From NCBI GenBank assembly GCA_008632985.1, contig QPGO01000001.1, positions 1-64,000 of the forward strand: a DNA stretch of 64,000 nt. The letters are read 5' to 3'. This document shows, piece by piece, positions 1 to 12,689 of this stretch; position 1 is the first letter of the stretch; each line of letters opens with the position of its first letter. The DNA is from Psammoneis japonica (taxonomy: Eukaryota). A program made the position numbers and the translations under genes. A model generated the notes under the pieces. It was given only the letters and a program-made list of their open reading frames with translations, was not told the DNA's origin and searched no databases.

Positions 1-310
1 TCACCACTGCAAGTCCAATCTCTTTGGCCAAAACTTTCTCTTGCACCACCACCTTTTTGCACTTCAACACAGTGGGTGCCAGAAATCTGGCTGCTGGCGG
101 GTGGTGTCGCGACAAAGCAAAAGGCATGCTCCAATGTTTTGTGCACAGAGCTTCTGTTGTGATGGTCCAAAAAATGACAAATGTTCAGACACCCATGACA
201 CCCTGTCAATGTCATCGTCAGCTCCCGCGGGTTTTTGACAAGTTCTCCGTGCAGTGTCAGTTGTCACTGCGGTGATGGTCTGTGCGCTAATCCGGAGCAC
301 ATCACCTGCC
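1..310. mobile_element. TA-depleted repeat remnant, family unidentified
   Basis: Almost no TA dinucleotides and CA/TG-rich, like the TE blocks further on; no recognisable motif. Confidence 0.4.
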
Positions 311-477
311 ATGCCAATTTCGAATGATTGCGGTTGATGATTCGTTCGATTCGAGTCCGGGTTCTGAGCTCACCGATCATGGATTTACCGCACTGGATGG
401 AGCCGCGGCCGTCGCAAAACAACACCATGATGCCTCTTTACCTCTCTTGTTGATACTACTGTAATTGCATTGTCATC

Positions 478-3050
478 ATGGCTTCGTGGTATACAGAAAC
501 AACAATATTGTCGTCGCTGTTGTCTGCTGCTTACGTCATAACAACACCGATGCCGTTCAAGCATACCGGTCAAGCCCGGAAGCTTTTTCCAATTTCTAAC
601 CTATCTCTACGCGGAACGCAAGTTTATTCTTGTCATCTTGATTCACTTTGTTTGTACCATGGTAATTTGGGGTGAGTAGAGTATATTGTATGATTGAGTT
701 GTGTGTGTGTGGTGTGTGATTTGCTATACTCATCAAACATACCGCCGCACCTCTATACCGTACTCCCTAACATAATACTACAGCACACTTCTTTGTGGTC
801 AAGTTTCATCAACAAGAAAACAAAGTACCCGAGGACGCAAATCGATATTGGTGGAAACGTCTCGCTCCGCCACTCGAGTTTGGAGCCATGCATGCCATTT
901 TGTTTCAAATGGCATTCCTACCGCTCACCATGGCTCGGCTCTCCATTGCGGCAGCCTCCAAAACATCTCTCAATACGTACTTTCCCTTCAACAAGAGTCA
1001 GCGCATTCATATTCATTTGGGATACGTCTTTGGGAGCATTGTTGTGATTGCCACGATTTTCTTTTTTGCCTTTTTTGGATTGCTTTGTTCCGATGGCGAA
1101 CAAGCGTTTTGTGACAAGTTTACGTCGGAAATCATGATTACGGGGTACATTACCGTGGCCTTTGTCTTGATTATCCTCTCTACATCATTCTTTCGAGATT
1201 ACATGCCATACGAAGTCTTTTATGGCATTCATCATTTGGTATTTGCCATGTACCTGGTGGTCTTGTTGCATACGATCGATATCAACGTTCGAAAGGACGG
1301 ACAGAATCGGAGTCAAACCTTCAAGTGGTTTTCGGCGACACTCTTGTACTACGTTTCGGACCGCCTTGCCATGCGGCTTAATCATCGCTACAAGACGCGT
1401 GTCCTTCAAGCCAAAATTGTCAAGAATACAAAGTCGAGTATGATTTTGCTACAGCTCAGACGTCCGTCCTTGTTTCAATACGAACGGGTCAGTACGCGCA
1501 TCTTCGGTTTCCCGACATTGATTCGTATTGGCATCCCTTTTCGATTGGAAGCAGTCCGGATTCCAACGTGTTGGAGTTTTATATTGAAGTCTATGACGAC
1601 AAATCGTGGACGGGAAAACTCTGTCAATTGTTGGGTAATGACGTTAGCCACGAGAATGTTCGTGTTCAAGTCACGGGCCCGTACGGAACACGCTTGGGTG
1701 ATACTCATCGATACTCTCATGCCATGGCTATTGGCAGTGGTTCTGGTGTCGTTCCCATTTTGGGACTCTACAAAAAGCACATTTGTCAGCTACTCCGATT
1801 GGACCCACAAACATACTTTGAAGAACAAGCTCAAATGCATTCGCAACTCAAGCGTATGGAACGAGCGCGAGAACAAACACGTGGATCGTGGCTCAACTAC
1901 TTTTTGCGGTGTTCACCTCAACCGACCCGACACGAAATGGGCGTCATTTCGGGAATCTTTGATTCGAGCGATGCCGAAACCAAGGACTTGCGAGAGGCGG
2001 CCAAGCGTGCGTCTTTACCGATTTATGGCGTCAATATATTGATGCAACTGGTTGTCTTGGGAGTAATCATGTTGGGATTGACCTTGTCGTGGAATACCAT
2101 GCCGTTTGAACTCTACGACGGCATGCGAGAAGTGTTGATTGTTGGCTCGATTGTGTTTCAAGGCGCCTTTGCCGTTGTGTCGATTGGATACTGGGACCGC
2201 GGCTCGTTGCTGGCGTATGTTGATGTTTTGATTGTCATTGCTGGTGCCGTGGCCAATTGGTATTGGTTTGAGTACGACAAGTGGGCCAACTTTGAAGCGG
2301 CCAGAGCATGTGTATTACATCTTGTTGTTTGGATACATGACGGCGCGGTTGTGGCATTCGGCCGTCAAGCCACGATACTGTTCATTGCGGAGCAGCTTGG
2401 AACGACAACACACGAGTTCAGCATTGGACAAGCTGCACTTTGTTTGGATTACGCGTTCATCCACCAACGTTTTGAAGATTGCACCCACAATCATGCAAGA
2501 ATGGAATGCGCTTGTTGCGGCGTGGGGATTGGAGAATGCCGTCAAGGTGTGTCAGGTTTCTATTTACGTTACCGACAAGGACAAGGCCGCCGTGGGCTAT
2601 CTCAAGCAGGAGTTGTCCAAGACGCCCCTTTACAAGCAAGGTGCATTCCATTATGAGCGTCCTGACATTTCCAAATTGTTGGAAGAGCATGCCATGGAAC
2701 GCATTTATGATGAGAGTCGTCCCACCTCGTCTACCCTCTTGTGCTTTTGCGGATCTCCCAAGCTATCATCAGTGATAAGCAAAGCCAAGACCATTGTGGA
2801 TATATCAACAATGATTACGGGAAACAAGTACCACCAAATGGATTTCGTTTCCGAGAGTTACAGTGCCTACACGAAGCGTCCGTCGTCGTCGAACAATAGC
2901 AACGCGGTAGTTGTCGCTGCCTCGGCAAAGACGCCACAGTACAGTGTCTTTATGGATTCACCCAGCTTTATGGAGAAGCAACATTCGGGAGATGAATTGG
3001 ATACGACGGATACCTTTGAAGACAATGAGGACCACCTTATTTCCATTTGA
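478..3050 (+). CDS. Ferric reductase / NADPH oxidase (FRE/NOX) family flavocytochrome, with three apparent 1-nt frameshifts
   Basis: Intron 672-783 (GTGAGT...CAG) joins ...TMVIW-A-HFFVVKF. Heme-type His in TM helices (RIHIHLG, YGIHHLV...LLH). FAD motifs (P)GQYA and WHPFSIGS are read across a frameshift at ~1484. NADPH motifs GPYG, IGSGSGVVP and C-terminal FCGSP...ESY. Other frameshifts at ~585 and ~2292 lie in short T runs. Confidence 0.88.
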
Positions 3051-3116
3051 GACTACAGAGGATCGTGGACGGCACGCAACTTTAGAATTGTTTTAGTTTA
3101 CCTTGCGCATTTATAA

Positions 3117-3196
3117 TTTATAACTACCTCAGCATACATTGATTGTCTTCAGCCTGTGATTCATAACTACCCCAGCATGCATTGATCGATTTCAGC
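3117..3196 (+). repeat. ~44-bp-period tandem duplication at the gene/TE border
   Basis: ttataactacctcagcatacattgat...ttcagc followed by tcataactaccccagcatgcattgat...ttcagc. Confidence 0.75.
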
Positions 3197-3299
3197 TTTT
3201 GTGTGTTAGTCTTTTCAATTGAGAACTAGATGCATTTACAATGCCTCCAGTTCCATTTGAGATGTGCATCTGGCTTTTAGAGGCACATGCTGGGAAGCC

Positions 3300-4190
3300 A
3301 TTTTGCTTCATTTTTCCTTGAGCAACTTCCACAAGAAGCTCGAAAATGCCCAACCTGGCCTGATTGCGAAACTTCTGCGTGCAGCCAAGATGGAAGACTG
3401 CAATGGATCTCCAACTCCTGCCCTTCCCATCTCTGTTGGCAGTGACACAGAAGGCCCACCATTCGATGAACCTTGTGACTGCCGATCTGTGGTTGGCATG
3501 TTGATGCATCCAGTGCCCAACAGCTGTCTGGACATCATCTGCACTGCCCATCAATTTGCTTGGTTCTCCTGTGCTCCAAAAGCCTCCCATGCCATTGCTG
3601 TCCAATGCATTCTTTGACACTTGAAGGACACGACTGACAAAGGGCTCATCCCAGCCCCAACCATGGATCAACGACTTGATTGTCATGTTGATGCCAATTT
3701 TGTGGGTCTCTTCCATGTTGAGGATGATCAGGTTCCTGCTTCTGTTAAGTCTCGCACAGGATGTCCAAGCTGCAGCGGCCCCTCATGGTTTTGTCTCTGC
3801 TGTTGGAGGCAGAGAATGTTTCTCTCCCAATCAATGCATGGCCTCATTCCCCTTTGTGAGATCTTGAAGGAAATCAATGCACATGCTTTTGGTCAGCTGG
3901 ACAGGAAGAATGGCATCACCACACATGCCAAGGCTTTCCAACCCACCAACGATGGAACCAATTCACCCCCCATTGCCTCTGCCAGCATCAGCTTGCTCAC
4001 ACGCCAAAACTGTCCCCACAAACCAAGCACACCATCGTGCCTTGTCACCAGTTTTGTGCTGAAGTTGAGGCTTTGGAGATCAAGATTGAGCCTGTCAGCT
4101 CTGCTGCACAGCTTGCTGACCAGTTTGCTGGGGGTTTGACTGCTGCTGATCTGTTCTGCACTTGTTGTGGGGCCCTCATGGGCTGGCGAC
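3300..4190 (+). mobile_element. Ty1/Copia RT-RNase H remnant
   Basis: QPGLIAKLL...DCN...TP, CRSVVGMLMH (consensus YRSVVGMLMY), CHVDANF (YVDADF), SVKSRTG and QLADQF..GL motifs; stops and frameshifts. Confidence 0.9.
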
Positions 4191-5308
4191 TGTTTGTCCT
4201 GCTTCTCTTGATTTTGCAGGCAGGCTGGGAGAAAATGAGTCAATTTGCTGCTGTTCTGTTGCTTTCCCCAAACAACAATGGCAAGTCTGCCACCCGTGGC
4301 AGAATGTGCAATCAAGGAATTGCTGCGGCAACATGAAGAAAACGCAGCAAGCCACCAAGGAAGAAGAGTGTCCGTCAACGGCTGTTTTGGAGGTCCTGCT
4401 TCACTTGAGCTGCACCAATGTAAAAGTGATGCAGGCTTCACACTTTTTCATCTTGCAGTCTTCTTTGCAAACATCCTTTTGAAATGCCTGGCACCACGTG
4501 CAAAGCTTTTGGGTCCATCAGGAATGAACCGCTCTCACAGCTCTTTTTGTGCTCGATCGACGACAATGGGGCGAACAACCCAAGGTCCAAATTGTCATGG
4601 GTCTTTTTGGCAAATGCAAATGACTGTGCACCGGAGTGGAGTGGCTTTCCATGAGACAACAAACGCCAACGTTGGAAAACAAGGGTGGGTCTTTTTTCAA
4701 CAATGGCAGACTTGACAACATGCATTGATTGACCAAGGTGGCAAAACACGCCACGTGTGCACCAACAACAGCATCATCATTTCTGCTCGACAACAACAGG
4801 GGATGATTTCGATTGGTGTTGTTGGTTTGGTTGTTGATGTTGAAGTGAAGTGCGGCATTGGCGGCCTCTCTTTTTGGCACGCACCGGCCGGCTGGCACGC
4901 ACCGGTGTGACTGCACCTATGTGGGTGACAGACGGACGGACCAACCGGATGGCCACATAGTACGCCCGCCTAAAACCAACATGCGTGCAGCGCAACGCTT
5001 GAACCGCACGATCGTTCATCGCGGGAATAAGCATGCAAGCAGTTGGAAGTTGAAGTTATTGGTTATTGTTCTGTTGTTCTTCTGTTATCCCATTGCTTCA
5101 TTTAATTCGTTCCTGCCCTTGTCTCACGGGCAAGCGTCGCTGTTCTACAGCATAATCGATCTCGCCTTGTTGCCATTGTGTTGGTGCCTGTCTCCTTTGC
5201 AGTTGCGTTTCTGCTGAGCAGAGGAACCACCTCTTGTCTCGCGTCTCACCGATCCGGACTCCGCAATTTTGATTCTGCATCTCGCAGAAAGACACAAAAA
5301 CAGCAGAC

Positions 5309-8300
5309 ATGCTTGGTGACATCATCGCCGGCATAGAAGCGGCTTTCAACTTGTGCGCCGTGATTTACAAGAGCTATGAAACGGTAAAGATCATGCCGGA
5401 TTTGGCCAAGACCCTCAAGGACCGCGTACAAATATTCAAACCGCGACTCGAGAAACTCGTTAGGGAATGCCAGGCATCAGGCACATCACAGAAGGTAATT
5501 CCGCTTTTGCATATTCAAAGCTTGAACACGGTGTTGGGTGACATTCAAAAGTACATGAAGAAGCTTCAGGATGACTCTAAACTACGAAAGTTGAAGAATC
5601 GGGTGTTTTATCAGAGTCTCCTGGATGAATATGAAGAGCTCAACACCAAGCTCAATCGTTGTCGGGATGATCTTAAATTTGACTTTGAGTTTGATGTCGA
5701 TGCCGAGAGAAAAGCGTTTGAGAATGAAACGAAAGGTCTCCTACAGTGTCTTATTGATCATCAGGGTCAAGAGCACCGTATTCTGCGCGAGATGCTTCTG
5801 AAGTCCTCAGGTTCATCAAGGGTCACAAAGCGCTAAATCTCAATGAACAAAACAGTCCTGCTATTGTGACCGCTTCTGCATTTATGGACAATAGTGACTC
5901 TGCAACTCTACGAGCTATCATTGATGAGCAGAGTGCCATTGAATATGAACTCCCGCCATCGGAGGTCGTTTTAGAAGATATCGAGCTTGGAGCAGGCACC
6001 TTTGGTGTCGTATACAAGGCAACATACAATAATCAAGATGTTGCCATCAAGAAGCCTCATCGTCGAGAATCGGATGTTTTGGCGGAACTCATGAACCAAG
6101 AAAGATGCAGCGGCTCGCCTTTTGTTGCCCTTATACACGGCTTTGTTTATGTCAATGAGATTCGGTCTATTGTTATGGAGTTCATGCCATGTGGTACTCT
6201 AGGAGGTCTACTACGCCACGCAATGGGAAGGGATGGGATTGTGTCCATCAGCAAGGACCAGCAAAGTCTCGAGGCCACACTAGCTGCGTACACAGTAATT
6301 CAGCTCTTTCACAAGGTTAGTGAGGGAATGCGATTCATCAGTCAACGTAATGTGATACACCGCGACCTCAAGCCGGAGAATATTCTTCTAAGTCAAACTC
6401 TTGACCCCAAGATTGGGGATTTTGGGTCTGCTCGAGAGCTCGCAAACAGCGCGACTCACCTTTCGGGATCCGCTGCTGGATCTGTATACTATATGGCTCC
6501 GGAAGTATTGACGGTCCTTAAAGCTGACAAAGGACAATACTCCTATCCTGCCGACCAGTACAGTTTTGGAATGATCATGGTTAAATGCTGCCATGGTCTG
6601 TTTGGTCAGCAGTCTCGTGTGGACCGGCACGACGAGGACGCGCCTCTTCCAGAGATTCCTCTTCCTGATGCGTTCCCTTCTTCGGTAACAGATATCAAGA
6701 ACAATTGCATTGCTTCAGACCCATTGATGCGCTATGGTCGTGGCACCGCTTCAGAATCACTTCTATCAGAAGCGTTCGAGAAGGTACTGCAGCAATTGGA
6801 TAGCTCTGTCTCTTATCCAAAGATTGATGGGTATTATGGTGACGACGTTGCAGAGGTGGCAAATATTGCTCGGATCGCTTTTGAGAGTAAGACGCATCGT
6901 GGGGTATCTGGCATTATAACTTCGTCCTCATCGCTGATCCCAACACCCGGCATGGAGAAGAAGCCATTGAAGGACGGAGAGCCGAGCTACTCCACCGCGT
7001 CCTTGTCACATTCGTCTACATCCGCGAAAGAACCGGTTCCTCGTGCAAGGAAGGAGAAGAAAAAGAAGAAACCGACTGCTGATCTCCGAGTTCAAAAAGA
7101 GCAAAGTGCATCGTCTCGCAGAAAAAAGCGTCCTGATCTCCGAGTTCAAAAAGAGCAAAGTGCATCGTCTCGCAGGAAAAAGCGTCCAACTCGTTCCGGC
7201 AGCTCGAAAGAAAAAGGACAACCAGCGCAAACTGGATCATCAGCAATTGCTTCAAGTGGTCACAATGACAGTGCTGAAAGAGAACGGGGCGTTAAGGACG
7301 AGACGCAAAATACAAGCGAATATCATAGCCGCACCAGTCGGGAGAGGTCCGTCAACAGCACAGCCACAGCAAGCCTTGCGCTATCGGCTGCCGCGTATGT
7401 CGCGCCAGATGCTTTCACAGTGACGTCTGGAGACCAAGCTGCACAACCCGAAGAACCGGACAGAGATGACCGCGTCACAGTTACTTCAGATTCCAACAAA
7501 GTGATGGAGATGGATCCAGCACAAGTCGTAGAGGCGGTTCCTGCTACTTCTGATGGTGGTGGTGGCGGACAGAATGAGAAAGCAAATGACACAACGCGAA
7601 TTAGTGACGAGGATGAGAATGCTGAAGATGAGCTTCATCGCAAGTACCTTCGCAAACGATTCATTATTCCGGGCGTTGTATTGTTGGCGATTGCAGCGAT
7701 TGTCAGTATTGTTGTTGCAGTAAAGCCGTGGGACACAGGTGGTGGAGGGAGCCCCACTTTCCCCCCTACTGTTTCCCCTACTGTTGCACCCGCCACAGAG
7801 ACTACCGAACGAGCCACCGGTTTGGTCATGAGTTTGATTGGTATTGATACCGAGTTTGATGAAAATGATTCCGAGTTGTGGGCTACGGCAACCAAAGCAT
7901 TCGTCGAGGATTATTACAACACTCGTCGTCGTCGTCGTGGCCTTGGCTATCTCCAGACCCCTCGTATATTACAAGTATCGAATATACAGAATGTCGAGAC
8001 GTCTTTGGATGTTACTAACACCATTGTGGTTGAAGATGGCAATGGTGGAGAACCATCCCTTCGAGTCACATACAACCAAGCTATCACGTATACTTTTGAA
8101 GACAGCAGCAACGAAAACATTTCCATGGATGCCATGGTGACCGAACCATTCAAGACGTCTGATAGTCGATCGGCCTACCAAAAAGACCTCCAGGCGGCGG
8201 GCACCAGTGCTGGAAGCAACATTTTTGACAATTTGATTGGCACTAGTGAAGTTTCAACCAGCACAGCTGCTCCGACACCGTCACCTACAAATAGCATTCC

Positions 8301-10036
8301 AATTACGGAACTACCAACACAAGATCCCGCGTCGCCACCGTCGACTCCGGGTCCAACGACTCTCAATCCAACATCGTTGCCGACGACAAACCCCACTCCT
8401 CGTCCAACTCTCAATCCAACACCTCGTCCTACACTCAATCCAACGCCTCGTCCAACTCTCAATCCAACCCCACGCCCCACTCCATCACCAGCTCCAACAA
8501 CACCCAATCCCACCAGTGGTGGTGGCAGCAGTAGTTTGCCGCCAAACGGTCCATGGAATCCCGTTGGACAAACTTTGCACGGCAAGGCTGCAGAAGATCG
8601 TTTTGGCGATTCCGTGTCCTTGTCTCGTGATGGCAGTGTCATGGCTGTCGGAGCGGATCAAGATTTGTCTTCTTCCAATCCCGGCTATGTTGTTGTGCAA
8701 CGATACAATCCAAACACCCAACAATGGGAACAAATTGGCCAAGAATTGATTGGACAAGCCGGCGGTGACGGTTTTGGAGAGTCTGTTTCGTTAAATGGCG
8801 ACGGCACAATTCTTGCAGTTGGAGCGGATGCAAATGACAGTGGCGGATTGAATGCCGGTCATGTTCGTGTGTTTGAATACAACTCGGCATTGGATCGTTG
8901 GGTCCAACTCGGCAGTGACATTCTTGGACAAGACGCTGGTGGTCGATTTGGTTTTTCCGTGTCGCTCTCGGACGCGGGAGACATTCTTGCCGTGGGAGCG
9001 TTATACGATTACACGGAAAATGGCTCTGATTCTGGATCGGTTCGATTGTTTCAATACGACCGCGGCTCCTCATCCTGGAACCAACTCGGACAAACACTCA
9101 TTGGCCAAGCTGCTAATGATGAATTTGGTATTTCCGTGTCCTTGAATGCGCAGGGAACCATTGTCGGCGTTGGAGCAAATTACAATGATTCGGGTGGAAA
9201 CAATGCGGGTCAAGTGTCGGTGTTTGAATACAATTCTGCCTCATCCAGATGGGATTTGTTGGGCAATCCAATCAATGGCCAAGTCGTTGAAGGGCGGTTT
9301 GGATTTTCGGTTTCTCTTGACGACAGCGGTTTGATCATGGCCGCGGGTGCACCTGGAAGCTACGACGAGACGGTTTTGGTTTATTCATACGACCGCTCGA
9401 CTTTGACGTGGAGTCAACGTGGCCAAACTCTATTGACACAACAGCGTGGCGATTTTTTTGGATGGTCCGTGTTCGGGTGGAAACAATGCGGGTCAAGTGT
9501 CGGTGTTTGAATACATTTCTGCCTCATCAAAATGGGATCTGTTGGGTGATCCAATCAATGGCCAAGTCGTTGATGGTTGGTTTGGATGGTCGGTTTCTCT
9601 TGACGACAGCGGTTTGATCGTGGCCGCGGGTACACCTGGAAGCTACGACGAGACGGTTTTGGTTTATTCATACGACCGCTCGACTTTGACGTGGAGTCAA
9701 CGTGGCCAAACTCTATTGACACAACAGCGTGGCGATTTTTTTGGATGGTCCGTGTCATTGAGTGGCAATGGAAATGTCTTGGCTGTTGGAAGCAATCGGC
9801 ATGACGTCAATGGATTGATCAATGCGGGTCAAGTTCGAATCTTTCAGCACGACAGCAATGCAGACGAATGGAAACAAGTTGGAAACCCTTTAAATGGTGA
9901 GGCTGAAGACAATGGTTTTGGAGGATCCATTTCATTGTCGTCCGACGGAAGCATCGTTGGAGTTGGTGCACATTTTGCTGATGTCAATGGCGGCGCATCC
10001 GGATCCGCGTACGCATTCACGGTAAATGACAATTAG
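5309..10036 (+). CDS. Receptor-like protein kinase: N-terminal MLKL-like helical bundle, Ser/Thr/TKL kinase, single TM helix, Pro/Thr stalk, FG-GAP beta-propeller
   Basis: ORFs 5309-5836, 5866-9510 and 9446-10036 join via frameshifts at ~5828 (A run) and ~9471 (283-bp duplication). Kinase motifs GAGTFG, VAIK, HRDLKPEN, DFG, APE are intact. TM FIIPGVVLLAIAAIVSIVVAV at ~7660-7722. Repeats of FG.SVSL..DG..LAVGA. Confidence 0.85.
7079..7186 (+). repeat. 54-bp in-frame tandem repeat (DLRVQKEQSASSRRKKRP x2)
   Basis: Two near-identical copies read directly from the sequence. Confidence 0.95.
8350..8510 (+). repeat. 24-bp coding repeats (PTLNPTPR) of the Pro/Thr stalk
   Basis: Repeated ccaactctcaatccaac units. 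Confidence 0.9.
9189..9754 (+). repeat. 283-bp tandem duplication within the FG-GAP region
   Basis: 9189-9471 and 9472-9754 both start ttcgggtggaaacaatgcggg and end gatggtccgtg; several substitutions between copies. Confidence 0.95.
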
Positions 10037-12165
10037 AAAATGTATTTTGCGCTACATCCTCTTGTATCAATCACACTGTATTTTTTGTAGTTTAGTTCAT
10101 TTGGTAGACCGTACATTTGCGTCGTTTGGCTCGTGTCATTGTGTGCTGTTTTTCGCGTTTGTTCCAAAAATCAAAAAAGTCTGTCTGTCGTGCGATTCCG
10201 CTAGTCTATCACGAACCACACATCACACACACACACATCACACATCGGCTCGCGGTCTTGAACAACCATGACGCTATCAACAGCACTACGAATCATCATG
10301 TAACAACAACAACAACGATGTCATAACGTTTGGAGGATTATCCGCCTCGTGAGTAGAACACATCAACAATGAGAGTTGTTTTGAACAAACTGTGTTGTTG
10401 TTGCATGAGTCGAATGCTGCCGCTTGTGAAAATCATTGACACGCTGCTGCTGCCACGCACGCTACAATATTGTTGTTGTACATGTCTACGCACTCTCATA
10501 CTCATCACTCCTTCTCTTTCACACTCTCTCTCTCTCTCTCTCTTGACTACACGTAATGATTCACTTAAGTGTTGTCAAGACACACAAGTCCTTTGAGGGC
10601 TTGACTGCAGCTACCGGGGAGCATGCCCACAGAGTATGGAATCAGCAGCAGAGCCGGAACCAGTCAATCAAAAGTCGAACAACTGTCTCAGCAAGCACTC
10701 ATAGGCATGGTGGAGCGAAGGTATTGTACGAGCACACTGGATGCATGTTGTTGTCATGCATGTCTACGTACTCTCTCAAACGAATTAAAAATGGCCTCCA
10801 TCCACACTAGTTTGGGCGTGCGACTCTGTGAATGTTGCTGAGCTCTTTCGAGATGTGGGCTCTGAACAACGCGTCGGTTATTATGCAGTGTGTTTTGAAT
10901 GTACGTGTTTGATGTTGTTTCCATGTATTGCTGGGTCATAACCATCTGCAGCGGCCTGGGTGGAAACGTATGGATTTTTTGGAAAAGAGTTGCAACTCGT
11001 ATAAAGTGGATATTGGAAACCACGTGTGTCTCGCGGTCGGACAGTTCTCCAGCACAAACCATGGCGGCGCCTGTTGGATATCATACAGTGAACAAGTAGC
11101 GGGTGGAACGGGCTTGTTGGAAACTGCTGTGGTGGGACAAGAAGAAAAAGCGCGATGAGGAAATCAACATCCAAACAACCACAACCGAAGGGGGGTGCAC
11201 GGTGCCGGTACTGCTACTACTACTACTACTGCTACTGCTGTACGAACTATATAACAACAATGACACGGATGATTATGACTTTGGAAATGTCGATATCTTT
11301 GTACTGACTTTTCTATTGGCACTCGTCAATATTAACGATGACAACGACAAGAAGGATGACGAAGAGTATTAGTAGTATCAACAATGGCACTAGTAACAAT
11401 GGCGCGGTGGTGGAAATATCATTTCATCCTATGGAGACTTGAAAGCACGATTTGCCGATAAACTCAACAAAAAAAAGGGACCGCTTGGCTGCTTGTGGGA
11501 TGTCTTTGTTCCTCCCTCCTACTGCTGCGAATAATAAGGACAAGGACAATGAAAACTACAATGACCTTGGAGATGTCGATAGAGGAAGGGGTTCCTTTGA
11601 TACCACATGCGTGGCGGAATATAAAAATGTACAATTGCAAGAACGAAACTGAATCCTCGAGATGGTTGGGAAGCGATGGAGGATGAAGTCGTGAATCATG
11701 AACGCTGCTCCGACTCGACTGTTGTTGCAAATGATATATTGTCGGCCTATACTGTGCAACCCGTCTGGAAGACACTCTCTGCATTGCTATGGGGTGTTTG
11801 TCTTGGAATCGGTAGAGCCTGAACCATGGTCTCTCAAAAATTCAAACTCCTGTCTCGGCAAACAATGCAGGCACGGTGGAGCAAGCGTACTGGATGCAAC
11901 GAACGATTCGTGACGTGGTATTGGAATTTCTGCGCTCTCTTCATTTCGCCAGATGCTTTTTTTGGATTTCCAAGAAACTCTCTAGACTGACTGCTCTCCA
12001 CTCTCTAGCTGTAGCTCTAGAGATCCCTACATAAAGAGTAACACGTCCCCAGCTGCTAGTAGAGCCACTCTCTCACATGACAGTGCAACAGAGAGAGAGT
12101 GCTTTGGACTTGAGAAAAGAGAGGACGCACACCGCATGCTCTGCTAGAGTAGCTAGCTGCACAGT

Positions 12166-12684
12166 TCGAATTGTCGATGATTCGTTCGATTCGAAGCCGG
12201 GTTCTGAGCTCACCGAACATTCGTCGCCATGACACGCTCGCCGTCGCAAAACAACACCATGATGCCTCTTGACCTCTCTTGTTGATGCTACACTGTAATT
12301 GTGTTGATGTCATGGCTCTGTGGTGTGCAGCAACAGCAACATTGTCGCAACAACAACATGAATGCCACGCTTCTTGGGTGATGCTCACAGGTGCTCGCAC
12401 GCCATGGCTGTTGGCAGTGGCTCTGGTGTGGTGTCCACGTTTTGGGTCTCTGCAAAAAGCACATTTGTCAGCTGCTCTGATTGGACCCACAAACACACTT
12501 TGAAGAACAAGCACAGATGCATTTGCAGCTCAAGGGTCATGGCTCAACCATTTTTTGCAGTGTCAACCTCAACTGACATGACACGAAATGGGCGTCATTT
12601 CAGACATCTTTGACAACTCAACTGACGTGAAAACCACTGACTTGCAAGAGGCAGCCAAGCTTGTGTCTCCACCCATTTGTGGTC
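12166..12684 (+). pseudogene. Deleted, hypermutated copy of the ferric reductase gene or a close paralog
   Basis: Three joined pieces match ~335-513 (upstream region and 5' end), ~1693-1852 and ~1888-2028. Confidence 0.92.
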
Positions 12685-12689
12685 CTTGT

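Noticed and set aside
478..3050. Programmed frameshifting or pseudogenisation of the host genes
   Set aside because: The 1-nt shifts I could locate fall in short homopolymers, and shifts also affect the kinase and the conserved helicase, so assembly indel errors are more likely; needs read checking.
10200..12160. Short ORFs in microsatellite-rich DNA
   Set aside because: Low-complexity (CA, CT, CTA, AAC) intergenic sequence with no recognisable domains.
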